Positions 12,301 to 24,745 of a stretch of 64,000 nt of DNA are shown here, in pieces. Numbering within the stretch: position 1 is the stretch's first letter; every line of letters starts with the position of its first letter. The notes under the pieces are model-generated. The model made no database searches. It worked only from the letters and a program-made list of their open reading frames with translations, and had not been told where the DNA came from. The position numbers were made by a program, and so were the translations under genes. This DNA comes from Malacoraja senta (Eukaryota), in contig CM075996.1 in the NCBI GenBank assembly GCA_038087875.1, positions 1,552,001 to 1,616,000 of the forward strand. The letters are read 5' to 3'.

Positions 12301-15300
12301 TTAGACAGATCCATGAACAGTCTGGCCATGGAAGGATTTGGACCATGTGCAGGCAGATGGGATCAATTAAAATTGGCATGACGGTTGATACCACATTATG
12401 GGCTGCTGTTTGTGTAGATGTGAAAGTTCCGTGGTTCCGCAGTTAGTTTAGTTCAGCTTATTATTGTCATGTGTACAGTGGAAAGCTTTTCGTTGCATGC
12501 CACCCAGTCCTAGAAACTTTTTTTTTTTAGTCCGAATAAGGGTCCCGACCGGAAACGTCACCCATCCCTTTTCTCCAGAGATGCTGCCTGACCTGCTGAG
12601 TTAACACCAGCGCTCTGTGTCTTTCTCAAAGAAAAGACTACGTGATTACAATCAGGCTGTCCACATACAAGATAAATGGAACAACGTTTAGTGCAAGATA
12701 AAGTCCGATTAAAGATTATTCAAAGGTCTCCAATGAGGTGGATGGGAGGTCAGGACCGCTCTCTACCTGGTGAGAGGATGGTTCAGTTGCCTGATAACAG
12801 CTGGGAAGAAACTGTCCCTGAATCTGGAGGTGTGTGTGCGTTTTCACACTTCTGTGCCTCTTGCCTGATGAGAGAGGTAGGAAAAGGGAGTGGCCGGGGT
12901 GAGACTGGTCCTTGATGATGCTGCTGGCCTTGCCGAGGCAGCGCGAGGTGTAGATGGAGTCAATGGAAGGGAAGTTGGTTTGTCTTTTAAACCTATGTCG
13001 TCTGGTTCTTGATTCCCCTCCCCTGGGGAAAAGACTCTGCATTAACCCTATCTATTCTAAGATTGCAACCTTCACGTGGTCCACCCTGTTTCGACTAATG
13101 CAATCAACTCGACGTGCACAAAACGGAAGATCAAATAGAACAAGTTGTCCTACAACTTTAGGCCGTGCACGCCACACGAAAGAAGAAGATCTATTCCCCA
13201 CATGACTTCACAAACCCCTATAAGATCGCCCCTCAGCCTCCTCGAGGTGAAAGGTTCGGCTGATGTGCCCTCATTTACAAAGGTCTCTACGCTAACTCCC
13301 CCACTTTACAGGAAGCCTTCCTGATGACATTTCCTTGTTTTAAAAAGAAGATTCAAGGGGTAGAGGAGCTGCCCACACTCAAAGGCATCTTGCTGGGAAC
13401 CTCTCATTAAAAGGGGCCCTCGGTGCGAGACTCTTGTTAAAAGGTGATAATATCTTATTAAAGTTGCTGCTGGTTGAGGCTGTCTTGTTAGAAGCAACCC
13501 TGATATTAAACCCCCCCCATGAAGAGTGATAGTGAGCGCAAATTGAAACTGTTTTAAAATTCGCACGTCCAGGAAGCTATTAAAAAGTAAACAGAACAAA
13601 ACTTTAGTTGTAGAAGTTTCACTGGGACCACACGAGCACCATTGGTTTAAGTAAATTAGAAAAGGACTGGACTAGCTAGATGCAGGAACATTTTTCCCAA
13701 TGTTGGGCGAGTCCAGAACCAGGGGCCACAGTCTTAGAGTAAAGGGGAGGCCATTTAAGACTGAGGTGAGAAAAAACGTTTTCACCCAGAGAGTTGTGAA
13801 TTTGTGGAATTCCCTGCCACAGAGGGTAGTGGAGGCCAAGTCACTGGATGGATTTAAGAGAGAGTTAGATAGAGCTCTTGGGGCTAGTGGAGTCAGGGGA
13901 TATGGGGAGAAGGCAGGCACGGGTTATTGATTGGGGACGATCAGCCATGATCACAATGAATGGCGGTGCTGGCTCGAATGGCCTCCTCCTGCACCTACTT
14001 TCTATGTTTCTATGACATTGTTTTGTTTCGTTTATTATTGTCACGTGTACCGAGATACACTGAATAATAATAACATAGAAAATAGGTGCAAGAGGAGGCC
14101 ATTCGGCCCTTCGAGCCAGCACCGCTTTTGCACATTGAATAAGTTTATTGGCCAAGTATTCACATACAAGGAACTTGCCTTGCTGCTCTGCCCGTAAGTG
14201 ACAACATGACATACAGTGACAGTTAGGAATGACACATAAAACATTAATAATAAAACATTATTGATTAAACATGTGAATTAAATAAAATACCAGAGCGAAA
14301 AGTGTAAGAAGGAGCCGGCAGATGCTGGTTTATACCGAAGATTGACATTAAATGCTGGAGTAACACAACGGGACAGGCAGCATCTCCCTAAAAAAACAAA
14401 CGGTGATGTTTCGGATCAAGACCCTTCTTCAGAGACAAAAGTGAGAAGGTGTTTATTGGTTGGTTCTGCGGTCGAGGAAGAAACGGAGGGCTTTAAGACC
14501 CGCCTGGTGGGGGATGGAGGTGTAGAGTGACTGGACATCCATGGTGAAGATGAGGGAATGGGGAAGATGAAGAGCCCCGACCCCCCCACCCCACCCTCAC
14601 TTCAGTCTGAAGAAGGGTCTCGACCCAAAACGTTGCCTATTTCCTTCGCTCCATAGATGCTGCCTCACTCGCTGAGTTTCTCCAGCATTTCAATAGGTGC
14701 AGGAGGAGGCCATTTGGCCCTTCGAGCCAGCACCGCCATTCAATGTGATCATGGCTGATCATCCCCAATCAGTACCCCGTTCCTGCCTTCTCTCCATATC
14801 CCCTGACTCCGCTATTTTTAAGAGCCCTATCTAGCTCTCTCTTGAAAGCATCCAGAGAACCTGCCTCCACCGCCCTCTGAGGCAGAGAATTCCACAGACT
14901 CACAACTCTCTGTGAGAAAAAGTGTTTCCTCGTCTCCGTTCTAAATGGCTCACCCCTTATTCTTAAACTGTGTGTGGCCCCTGGTTCTGGACTCCCCCAA
15001 CATCGGGAACACGTTTCCTGCCTCTAGTGTGTCCAACCCCTTAACAATCTTATGTGTTTCAATGAGATCTCCTCTCATCCTTCTAAACTCCAGAGTGTAC
15101 AAGCCCAGCCGCTCCATTCTCTCAGCATATGACAGTCCCGCCATTTCTGTCTGCCTGAATCTGGAGGTGTGTGTGTTTTCAAACCTGATGGGAGAGGGGA
15201 GAAGAGGTTGTGACCAAGGTGGTCCTTCATTATGCTGGTGGCCTTGCTGAGGCTGTGTGGAGTCAATGGAAGGGATTGCTTCCTCTAGGTCGGCGAGACT

Positions 15301-17034
15301 TTGTGACCTACTGGTTCCTTTCCCTCCTCCCTGCCTGGAACCAGCCGCTGCGATGAGCAACTTTCTTGGCCTCTTCCCCAAGTGGCTTTCACAACATTCA
15401 CCGCAGGAGTGGGAGTTCAGTACACACACTCGGGAAGGGAAAGCAGGAATTAAGGTGTTGACAGCAGAGAGTAGCTGGCGTGACCTATCCGTGATGAGGC
15501 GTATAATTACCGTCAACGTTTTTGTTTACCGGCCCTGCTCTCGGGGCGATGGTTCGGCCAAGGTTGTTCCCTTGTGGTTGTAAGGACAAAGCTTCACAAG
15601 AAAGTGAGTGCAGCGGGAGATATCATGTTCTCATTGTTATCGCTGTCTGTTCGACCAGCTTCATCTGTCACAGAGTGGAGACCAAAAAACATCGCCTCGC
15701 TGCAAATAACGTTCTGCAAACTCCCTCAGATTCAACGCAAGAAACACTGCTTCATGCGTCAGCCACTGGCTTGTTGTTTAACCACACGGTGACTTTTGTA
15801 CAAGGTGGCAACTTCTTCATAGTCTCAGAGGTCTGAAGAGGGGTTCCAACTCGAATCGTCACCTATTCCTTTTCTCCGGAGATGCTGCCTGACTCGCTGA
15901 GTTACTCCAGCATTTTGTGTTTAAGAAGGAACTGCAGATGCTGGAAAATCGAAGGTGGACAAAAGTGCTGGAGAAACTCAGCGGGTGCAGCAGCATCTAT
16001 GGAGCGAAGGAAATAGGCAACGTTTCGGGACGAAACCCTTCTTCAGACCTCTGAGGGGTGGGGAGATTGCAACCTTCACGTGGTCCGACGAATGCAGTCT
16101 GAAGAAGGGTTTCAGCCCGAAACGTTGCCTATCTCCTTCGCTCCATAGATGCTGCTGCACCCGCTGAGTTTCTCCAGCATTTTTGTGTACCCAGCATTTT
16201 CTGTTTATCATTAGTGGGGTTAGAGATCCCTCAGTTAAAAAAAACAAACAAAATAAAATGTATGTAAGATTTTAAAAATGTACCAATAAGTACTGCGCAA
16301 AAATAAGACATTCTCCATACATACGTTGGTTAGGTAGGTAGGTAGGGGTCTTTTTTCCCTCCTGGGATGAACAAAATTCTATCGAGTTGTATCGTTTCTC
16401 ATTCATAGGTAGGTTTGGAAATTCATGGATAGACACAAAGTTCTGGAGTAACTCAGAGGGTCTCTGGAGAAAAGGAATAGGTGACGTTTCGGGTTAGATC
16501 AGGTTGTACTTTGTTGGAACAAGTACCAGACTGGGGGAGAGACACAAAATGCTGGAGTGACTCAGAGGGACATGCAGCGTCTCTGGAGAGAATAGGCTGT
16601 GGGCTGAGGAGGATTTTCGTTCAAGTTCATGACCCAACTCACGGAACTACCTGAATTTTAATAATAATGTATTTTTAAGAATGTATATTTCTGATTAATG
16701 ATGCTCCCCAGAGTCCCACATTGAGCATCGATGGATGCACATCCGTACCATCCACGGTTGATGGAGGCAGCTGCTCCAGGTATCAATGAAATGGAGTTTG
16801 AAATCTCAAAACTAGAACACTGCCTTGAGACAAAGATCCTTTAATCAATTATTTTACCAACCGAGAAGAATCTCAAAAATATTCATTTTGTTCTAACATT
16901 AATTCCTCTTTTTTCATTTCCTTTAGAGTGATTTTGAAATTTATCACGGCGGAAACCAATGATAACTTTAGCATTTACCCTGGACCATAGAGCTGTTTTA
17001 ACGGACCTCTATACAAAGGATATCGATTACAGCA

Positions 17035-17250
17035 TGCTGTTCCTACCCTCACTAGAACTTAGCACTGGAAGTAATCCAGAGATCACTACCCTGGAGGTCC
17101 TGAGTTTAAGATATTTACCTAACTCCCTGTAGCCATATTGCAGAACCTCCTTCCTTTTCCTACCGATGTCATTTGCGCCAACAAGCACGATGACTTCTGG
17201 CTGTTCCCCCTCCTCCCTTGAGGCTGTCATGCAGCCACTTCGAAACGTCT
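17035..17250 (-). mobile_element. CR1 ORF1 esterase (SGNH-like) fragment
   Basis: QPEVIVLVGANDIGRK...ELG..LK.RTSRVVISGLLPV motif. Confidence 0.7.
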
Positions 17251-18529
17251 TGGACCAAGTGTCTATCCTCAGATTCAATCCTGCCACACACTGGGCTGGA
17301 AAGGCTGAAATTGTTGGTTAACGATATTTCGTTGTAAAACAAAGGTCATAGCTCTCTTCTGCGGTTCTTAAAGATAACTTTTTTTGGACAGAGGCAGGGT
17401 GTGAGGTGGACACGGTAGTGGAGGGGGTGGGTGGGGGGGAGATGAAGGGAAGGGGTTGGGGGCGTAATGGGACTGAAGAGGATGAGCAGTAATTCTCACC
17501 TAATCACAGCTCGTTTTGCAAAGAAATGCAGAGAATCAAGAATTTCAATCAGATAAAAATTCCTCTACTGCAGTACCACAAGGCATGGTATATTTTGTGC
17601 CCTTTACTGTTTGTTTATTGTATGTTTATTTGCTGTTTTTTTCACAAGAGTACTGTACATATTAAGCCCCTTATTTGGTTAAATAAATGTAGCAGAACAT
17701 TGGCAATAACAGGCACCACCTCCCTCTCACCCGCCCCCCCCCCACCCAGTGTGGTTCTCTATAACAAGGGCTTACTGTAATTCACGCTCCATCCCCCCCC
17801 CCCCCCCACCACCCAAAAGAAAACCAAATTCTTGTATCACCTCGGCAGGATTCAGTGCCTGCGCCCCAGTTACACCATAACCAGATTTCTTAGCTTTGGT
17901 GAGATGTATTGAGAGTCAAGAATTCCAGAGACACAAAATAAAAAGAGACCAATATACAAGATCACGGCTCTTTATTAGTGGCTTTTACAATGACCTTTGA
18001 AAAGGTGGGTGGGATTTGAGTCGCCTGCTGTAAAAGAAAGGGAGGTCAGTACTTCAGAACAACTCCTCGGTTGGACAATACACCCACTGGTCCTCATGAC
18101 CCCAACAGGTTAAGTCTTGCTGTTTACATAGACAACCTTTGGAAGGGTACGTACTGAGTAACATCCTGCACCCTGGAAGAGCAGTGTCCAGAGTGGTTAC
18201 AGTGGGTTTCTGGTGACATCTGATCTCTCTCTCTGGAACAGGTTGCAGTCCGTAGTGACGAGGCTTCAATGGGCTTCTGCTCGATTTTTCCCTCTGGCAC
18301 TGTGCAGCAAAATGTTGGAGGTAGATCAGCCATGGGCTTGAAGGGCAGGGCAACGCTGAAGATCCCAAAGGCCCATTGTTTCTACAAATACTGAGCGATC
18401 CTGCACATACAAATAACAAGGCAAATGCAATGTTAGCATTCATTTCAAGACAACTGGAATATAAACTCAAAAAGCTGAAGTAACTCTAAAATATATAAAA
18501 AGAGATGTAATGTTCAATTCAATCTTTAT

Positions 18530-19115
18530 TGTCATTGTGCAGTGTACAGTACAGAGACAACGGAATGCAGTTAGCATCTCACCCAGAAGAGCGAACTTAG
18601 GAATAATGAGCAGTAAATATATATATATATATACAGCAGTATCAGTAGTGCAATTGTTCTGGGGAAGGAGTGTCTGGGGGGGTGGTGACTGGCAATCACC
18701 AAGGTGCAGAGTTCAGTAGTGTAACAGCCGCAGGGAAGAAGCTGTTCCTGAACCTGCTGGTCCGGCAACGGAGGGACCTGTAGCGCCTCCCAGATTGGAG
18801 GAGGGTAAACAGTCTGTGGTTGGGGTGAGAGCAGTCCATGACGATGCTGCGCGCCCTTCGCAGACATCGCTTGCCTTGGACAGACTCAATGGAGGGGAGT
18901 GAGGAACCGGTGATGCGTTGGGCGGTTTTCACCACCCTCTGCAGCGCTTTCCGGTCGGAGACAGAGCAGTTGCCGTACCATACTGTGACGCAGTTGGTAA
19001 GGATGCTCTCGATGGTGCAGCGGTAGAAGTTCACCAGAATCTGAGGAGACAGATGGACCTTCTTTAGTCTCCTCAGGAAGAAGAGACGCTGGTGAGTCTT
19101 CTTGACCAGTGTTGA
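18530..19115 (-). mobile_element. Rex1/Babar-type LINE 3' fragment
   Basis: QRLFFLRRLKK...NFYRCTIESILT.C.TVWYG...SFFP motifs in ORF 18696-19163. Confidence 0.85.
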
Positions 19116-19119
19116 TGTA

Positions 19120-20610
19120 TTGTGGCTTTGTTGAGGCTTTGTAAGGCATTGGTCAGACCACATGTGGAATATTGTGAGCAGGTTTGGGACCCATATCTGA
19201 AGAGGGATATGCTGGTATTAGAGAGGGTGCAGAGGAGGTTTATGAGAATGATTGGATTAACATATGAATGTTTGACGTCTCTGGACCTGTACTCGCTGGA
19301 GTTTAGAAGGATGAGGGGGTGGGACCTCATTGAATAGTGAAAGGCTGGAAAGGGTGGATGTGAGAGGATGTTTCCACTAGTGGGAGAGAGAGTCTAGGAC
19401 AAGAGGGCACAGCTTCAGAATTAAAGGATGTATCTTTGGAAAGGAGACAAGGAGGAATAAAATGAAAGAGAATGCATATAACATTGCAAAGGTTAGTGGG
19501 GTAGCTGGAGAATTGGGAAGCTTTTAAAAAAACAACAGAAGGTAACTAAAGGTTGATAGAGTGGGCGGAGAAGTTGGAATACAGCGTAGCAAAATGTGGA
19601 GTCATGCATTTTGGTAGTTGGAATAAAGGCGTAGACTATTTTCTAAATGGGGAGAGAATTCAGGATTTGGAGGTGCAAAGGGACTCAGGTGCTGCTGCAG
19701 GATTCATGAAAAGTTAATTTGCAAGTTGAATCGATCGTAAGGAAGGCGAATGCAAAGCCGGCAGTTATTTTGAGAGGGCTAGAATACAAATACAGGGATG
19801 TATTACTGAGGAGTTCCTAGGGCACTGGTCAGACCACATTTGGAATATTGTGAGTAGTTTTGGGCACCAAATCTCAGGAAGGATGTGTTGGTCCAGAGAA
19901 CATTTACGAGAATGATCTCAGGAATGATTGGGTTAAGATATGATGGCGTTTGGCGGCACTGGGCCTGTACTTGCTGGAGTTTAGAAGGATGAGGGGGAAA
20001 CTCATTGAAACTTACCGAATAGTAAAGGTGGATGTGGAGAGGATGTTTCCACCAGTCAGAGAGTCTTGGACCAGAAGCCATAGCCTGAGAATAAAAGGAC
20101 GTACTTTTAGAAAGATGAGAAGGAATTTCTTTAGTCAGAGGGTGGTGAAGCTGTGGAATTCATTGCCACAGACAGAGATGGAGGCCAAGTCAATGGATAT
20201 TTTTGAGGCAGAGATTGACAGATTTTTTATTAGTACGGGTATCGGGTTATGGGGCGAAGGCAGGAGAATGGGGTTGAGAGGGAAAGATACATCAGCCCTG
20301 ATTGAATGGCAGAGTAGACTTGATGGGCTGAATGGCCTTATTCTGCTCCTGTAACTTATGAATTTCTTCAGGCAGAGGGCGGTGAATCGGTGGAATTATT
20401 TGCCACAGACGGCAGCGGAGGCCAAGTCATTGGGAATTTTTAAAGTGGAGATTGACAGGTTCTTGATTAGTAAGGGGGTCAAAGGTTACGGGGAGAAGGC
20501 AGGAGAATGGGGTTGAGAGGGAAATATAGATCAGCCATGGTTGAATGGTGGAGTAGACTCGATGGGCTGAATGGCCTAATTTTGGTCCTATGACTAATGA
20601 AGTTATGACA
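19120..20610 (+). mobile_element. Clustered CR1 LINE 3' fragments
   Basis: LVRPH.EYC.Q.W.P.L..D...LERVQRRF motif and CR1 3' ends. Confidence 0.8.
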
Positions 20611-21389
20611 AGTGGCACTGGCAGAGCAGTTTGAAGACGGACAGCTGTCTACATTGTTGGTGGCACAGGAGTTGCTTCAGACAGTGAGAGATCGGGAGCC
20701 ATGAATATGCTGCCAGTGAGTGTTCTACAACTGTTTGTAAGGTCTATCTCGTGGGGAATTGCAGAGGAAGGATACCCAAGTAAAGGTCTTACCTGAAGTC
20801 CCGAGCGTTGTCCCATACCAGGCACGGGAAGGCAGTTCAGCGGAGAAGCAGCTCAGTCTATTCCCAGTAGCACCACATCCTCCTCAGGAACACAGAAGAG
20901 TCAGGAGTGATGAAGCTTCTACATGTTTCCCTTGGTCCATGGCCATCTCTTCAGATCTTGTCCTTTGGTCAATCTCAGGTCAATCAGAGGCTGATGATCA
21001 CCCTGGAAATAGTTCAATCTCTTCCCTTCTTTGTTCTCCCGCGGACGGGGGCCTCGAGACTTCCGTTGACGGGGCGATCGTGGCTCCCGTAGCCGGCGGT
21101 CGGGCCCTCCGTGTCGGGGCGATCGTGTCAAGCTCCTGCATCGGGGGGATCTCAGCCCCCCCGCGCCAGGCAATCAGACCACGGGTTGGGTGAGAAAGTT
21201 GAAAAGATTTAAAAGTTACAAAAATGAATTCAGCTGCAAAATTAGAAGCAAAGAAAGGCTTTCCCCTTTATGTTTTCCCAATTCCTCCATAACACTAGCG
21301 AGATAACAGCACATATACTTGAATGTTTCTAAATAGAGCAAAACAATGAAGGGAATGTTCAGACTCTTGGCTCCTACCCTTGCTCTATA

Positions 21390-21740
21390 AGATTATAAAG
21401 TGCGTCAATAAAGTAAAAAAATAAAATGCTTGATCTGCAGAAAAATAGCCTCATGATGACCATATATGGGCTAACCCTTCCTCTCTCGAAAGAACCTGTC
21501 AATCTTAAGCAAGAGGCTGTACAATGCTGTGTGAGATATATTATTGCTGAATCGCTGATTTTTGGGGTGTAATTATATCTGATTAAACATCACCCCTTTG
21601 TGTGGGGATCGAGTGAACCTATCTGTATATTACATACTGTAAGCATTTACTGCCACACCCGCCTGGCGAAATAAAGATTTTACTACGATCACTAATTTTA
21701 TTGTGTTTTCGTCTGTTTGAAGTTAAACGAACCATAACAG
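21390..21740 (+). mobile_element. Possible LTR 3' remnant
   Basis: AATAAAG followed by a T-rich tract and ending ...CATAACA; no matching 5' end found. Confidence 0.25.
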
Positions 21741-23939
21741 AGGCTGGTCGAACCCCCTGCGACTTTGGACCTTCCCGACATCAGTCTCCACCCGAGATTG
21801 TGAGCTCCTTGATGTTGAAATCCGCAGGCAGCGGTTGGAGTGTCGATCCCAGGCAAGGGATCGCAGGCTCCGATGGTTAGTCCACGGCCATGCGGTGGGG
21901 CTCAAAGTCAGTCTCGAGCAAGGCCTCCAGCTCAGCACAAACTGGCAACACCCCCTCCTCTATACCAACACTGGAACAGCTCAAGGCTGTGTGCTCAGTC
22001 TCCTGCTCTATGACCAGGACTGTACAGCCAGACCATTCCAATTCTGTCTTTAAATTTCACCAACCATTGTTGGACAAATAATGGGTAATGACGAGTACAG
22101 GAAAGAGATTGATAATCTGAGGGAATGCTGCCAATAGGACATTATTACTCCTGTTCTTCCATGTCTGCTTGGATATCCTCCAGAATGTGGTTACTGTATA
22201 GGAAGGTGGTTTACTGTAGGTGAATTGATTTCCTCGTCCAGAGAGTGGCTATCAGTCACCGTTGATCCTAGGTAGGTGAATTGGATAAGTTTCCAGCTGA
22301 CTGGTGTTTAGGATGATTTCAGAGGGGAGTGGAGTGCCTTGACCCATGACAACAGTTGTCTTAATACTGATTGCCAGTTGGTAATCATTGCAAGCATGAG
22401 ACAGTCTGTCCATCAGCCCCTGAAGTCCTTCTTCTGTTGGGGTGATGAGTGAACAATATGATCCCGATGGTTCCTCTTCCTTCTCCGCGGTGTGCCATTC
22501 CATGAGCAGTCTGACCTCCGGCACCTACCGAGGGCCCATACTTGACACTTGTCTCGGCGGTCACTTCGGCTGCCGGGTTCGTCCTTGTTCGTGGCCTTTG
22601 CGGGCCAAGTCCGGTCTTGGCGGCTTCAATCATCTGTCATTCAAGTCCACGGTGATCATCAATCTGTCAACAGAAACCGACCTGGTAAATGGGAGACAAG
22701 AATGGAGTCTTGAAGATTCCCGATCCAAACCATTGTCTGCCCAATCCCTCCACAGATGAAATGCCCTCTCGGAGTCATGTGCTGGACCGAACTTGGGTCT
22801 TCAGGATCTTCAAGCATCTGTCATGCAAGTCCATGATGATCGTCAATCTTGGCCATTTCCTGTCATCAGAAACTGACCTGGTAAATGGAGACAAGAATGG
22901 AGTCTTGAACGGTCCCGATCAAAACATCATCTGTCTATTCCCTCCACAGATGCTGCCTGACCCGCTGAGTTCCTCCAGCAGTTTTCTGCTCCACTTTCAC
23001 TAACAGCCGAACTCTAAAAACACATCTCCATCACGGTCTTCCACTGAGGGCAGTTTACAGAGGATCAGCTCCACATTCCCAGTGACACCAGATCTTCCTC
23101 AGCAACACAGCAGGACCAGGTGTGATGAAGCATCTGCGTGCCAGCCTTGGTCCATGGCCGTCTCGTCAGATATTGTCCTTTGGTCAATCACAGGAAACAT
23201 GGCAGAGGTCGATGAACTCAGGAGGGGAAAGCCGATGATCCACAAACTTGTCTTCATTCATGGGACAGTGGTGGAGAACGTTATGTTGCAAGTTCCTGGG
23301 GGTCCATGTCTCTGAAGATCTGCCCTGGATGTCCTCACATATCTCCTTAACCATGTCTCTGCTCAATCCTGTACAACTGGATCTTCAATTTCCTCATCAG
23401 CAGACCACAATCAGCACAAACGGGCAACACCTCCTCCTCTATAACCAACACAGGACCAGCTCAAGGCTGTGTGCTCAGTCCCCTGCTCTATGACCAGGAC
23501 TGCACAGCCAAACCATTCCAATGCCGTCTTTAAATTTCACCGACGGTACCACCGTTGTTGGACAAATGATGGGTAATGACGAGTCAGAGTACAGGAGAGA
23601 GATTGATAATGTGAGGGAATGCTGCCAGTGCAGACGTTTTGTTCTCAATGTCCGCAGGACCACAGAGCCATTTGTTGACCTCAGGAGAAAGCCGCAGATC
23701 CACAAACTTGACTTAATTAATGGGACAGTGATGGAGAAAGTTATGTTCCAAGATCCTGCTTCAAGTTCCTTGGCGTTCATATCTCTGAAGATCTGTCCTG
23801 GTTCCGACGCGGGTCCCATTTTGTTCTCCACATCACTCCTCGTCCGACCTCCGGCACCCACCGCGAGCCCGTCCGAGGCTGCCCACCGCCGGGTCCTCTC
23901 TTGGTCCTCTCCCATTCATTTACCGTTCTTGATGTAGGT

Positions 23940-24745
23940 AAGTCGCCCAAACTTCACTGCTGTACAGTAACATGTTCAACACTCACGCATTGTAGACAGT
24001 TATCTTGGTCTTCATTGTGAGTTTCCTGTTCTTCCATGTCCACTTGCTTAGTTTCCCGAAGGTGGGTGCTGTAGGGGAAGGTGGTTTACTGTACGTGAAT
24101 TAGTTTCCTCATCCAGAGAGTGGCTGTCAGTCACCGTAGATCCTAGGTTGGTGAATTTAAGACATTTTCCAGCGTAGTGGAGTTTATGGAGGGGAGTGGA
24201 ATGCCCTGACCCATGACACCAGTCATCTTAACGCTGATTGCCGGTCGGTCTTTGGTGCGAGCACGAGACAGTCTGTCCATCAGCCCCTGAAGTCCTTCTT
24301 CTTTTGTGGAACTGAGTGCTGCATCATCAGTGGGCTGGAGTTCCCTCATAAGCACAGTTCTCATCTTTGTCTTGGCTTTCAACATTGCCACATTGAAGAG
24401 CATCCCATCACTTCTGGTTTGAAGATACACGTCTTCCGTGCCTGTTGGGAAGGCAAAGGGCAGATCGGAAGATGCTGAACACCATGGGAGTTGGGGCACA
24501 GCCTTGCTTCACTCCACTTCTCATGGGGAAATTGTCCGATGTAGCTTCATCAAATTCCACTGAAGATGCATGTTCTCATGGAAGGAGGTTTAGAAGACGT
24601 GGTGGACATCTAAACTTCTCCAGTAGCTGGTAGAGGCCGTGTGTGCTGACAGAATCAAAAGCTTTTGTAAGATCCACAATGGGGTTTGCTGCTCTTGACA
24701 TTTTTCTTGGAGTTGACACGGGGAGAAGATCATGTCCATTGTGGA
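23940..24745 (-). mobile_element. RTE (BovB-like) LINE RT fragment (related pieces ~22150-22460, 26360-26560)
   Basis: Y..TRSDG.LFN.A.LKAKTK...RE...DDAAL motif, and NYRDISLLSVTGKAFARVIL in the related piece. Confidence 0.75.

Noticed and set aside
16595..16660. ~65-bp similarity to 34875-34945
   Set aside because: Most likely a small dispersed repeat fragment, with no structure supporting an RNA gene.
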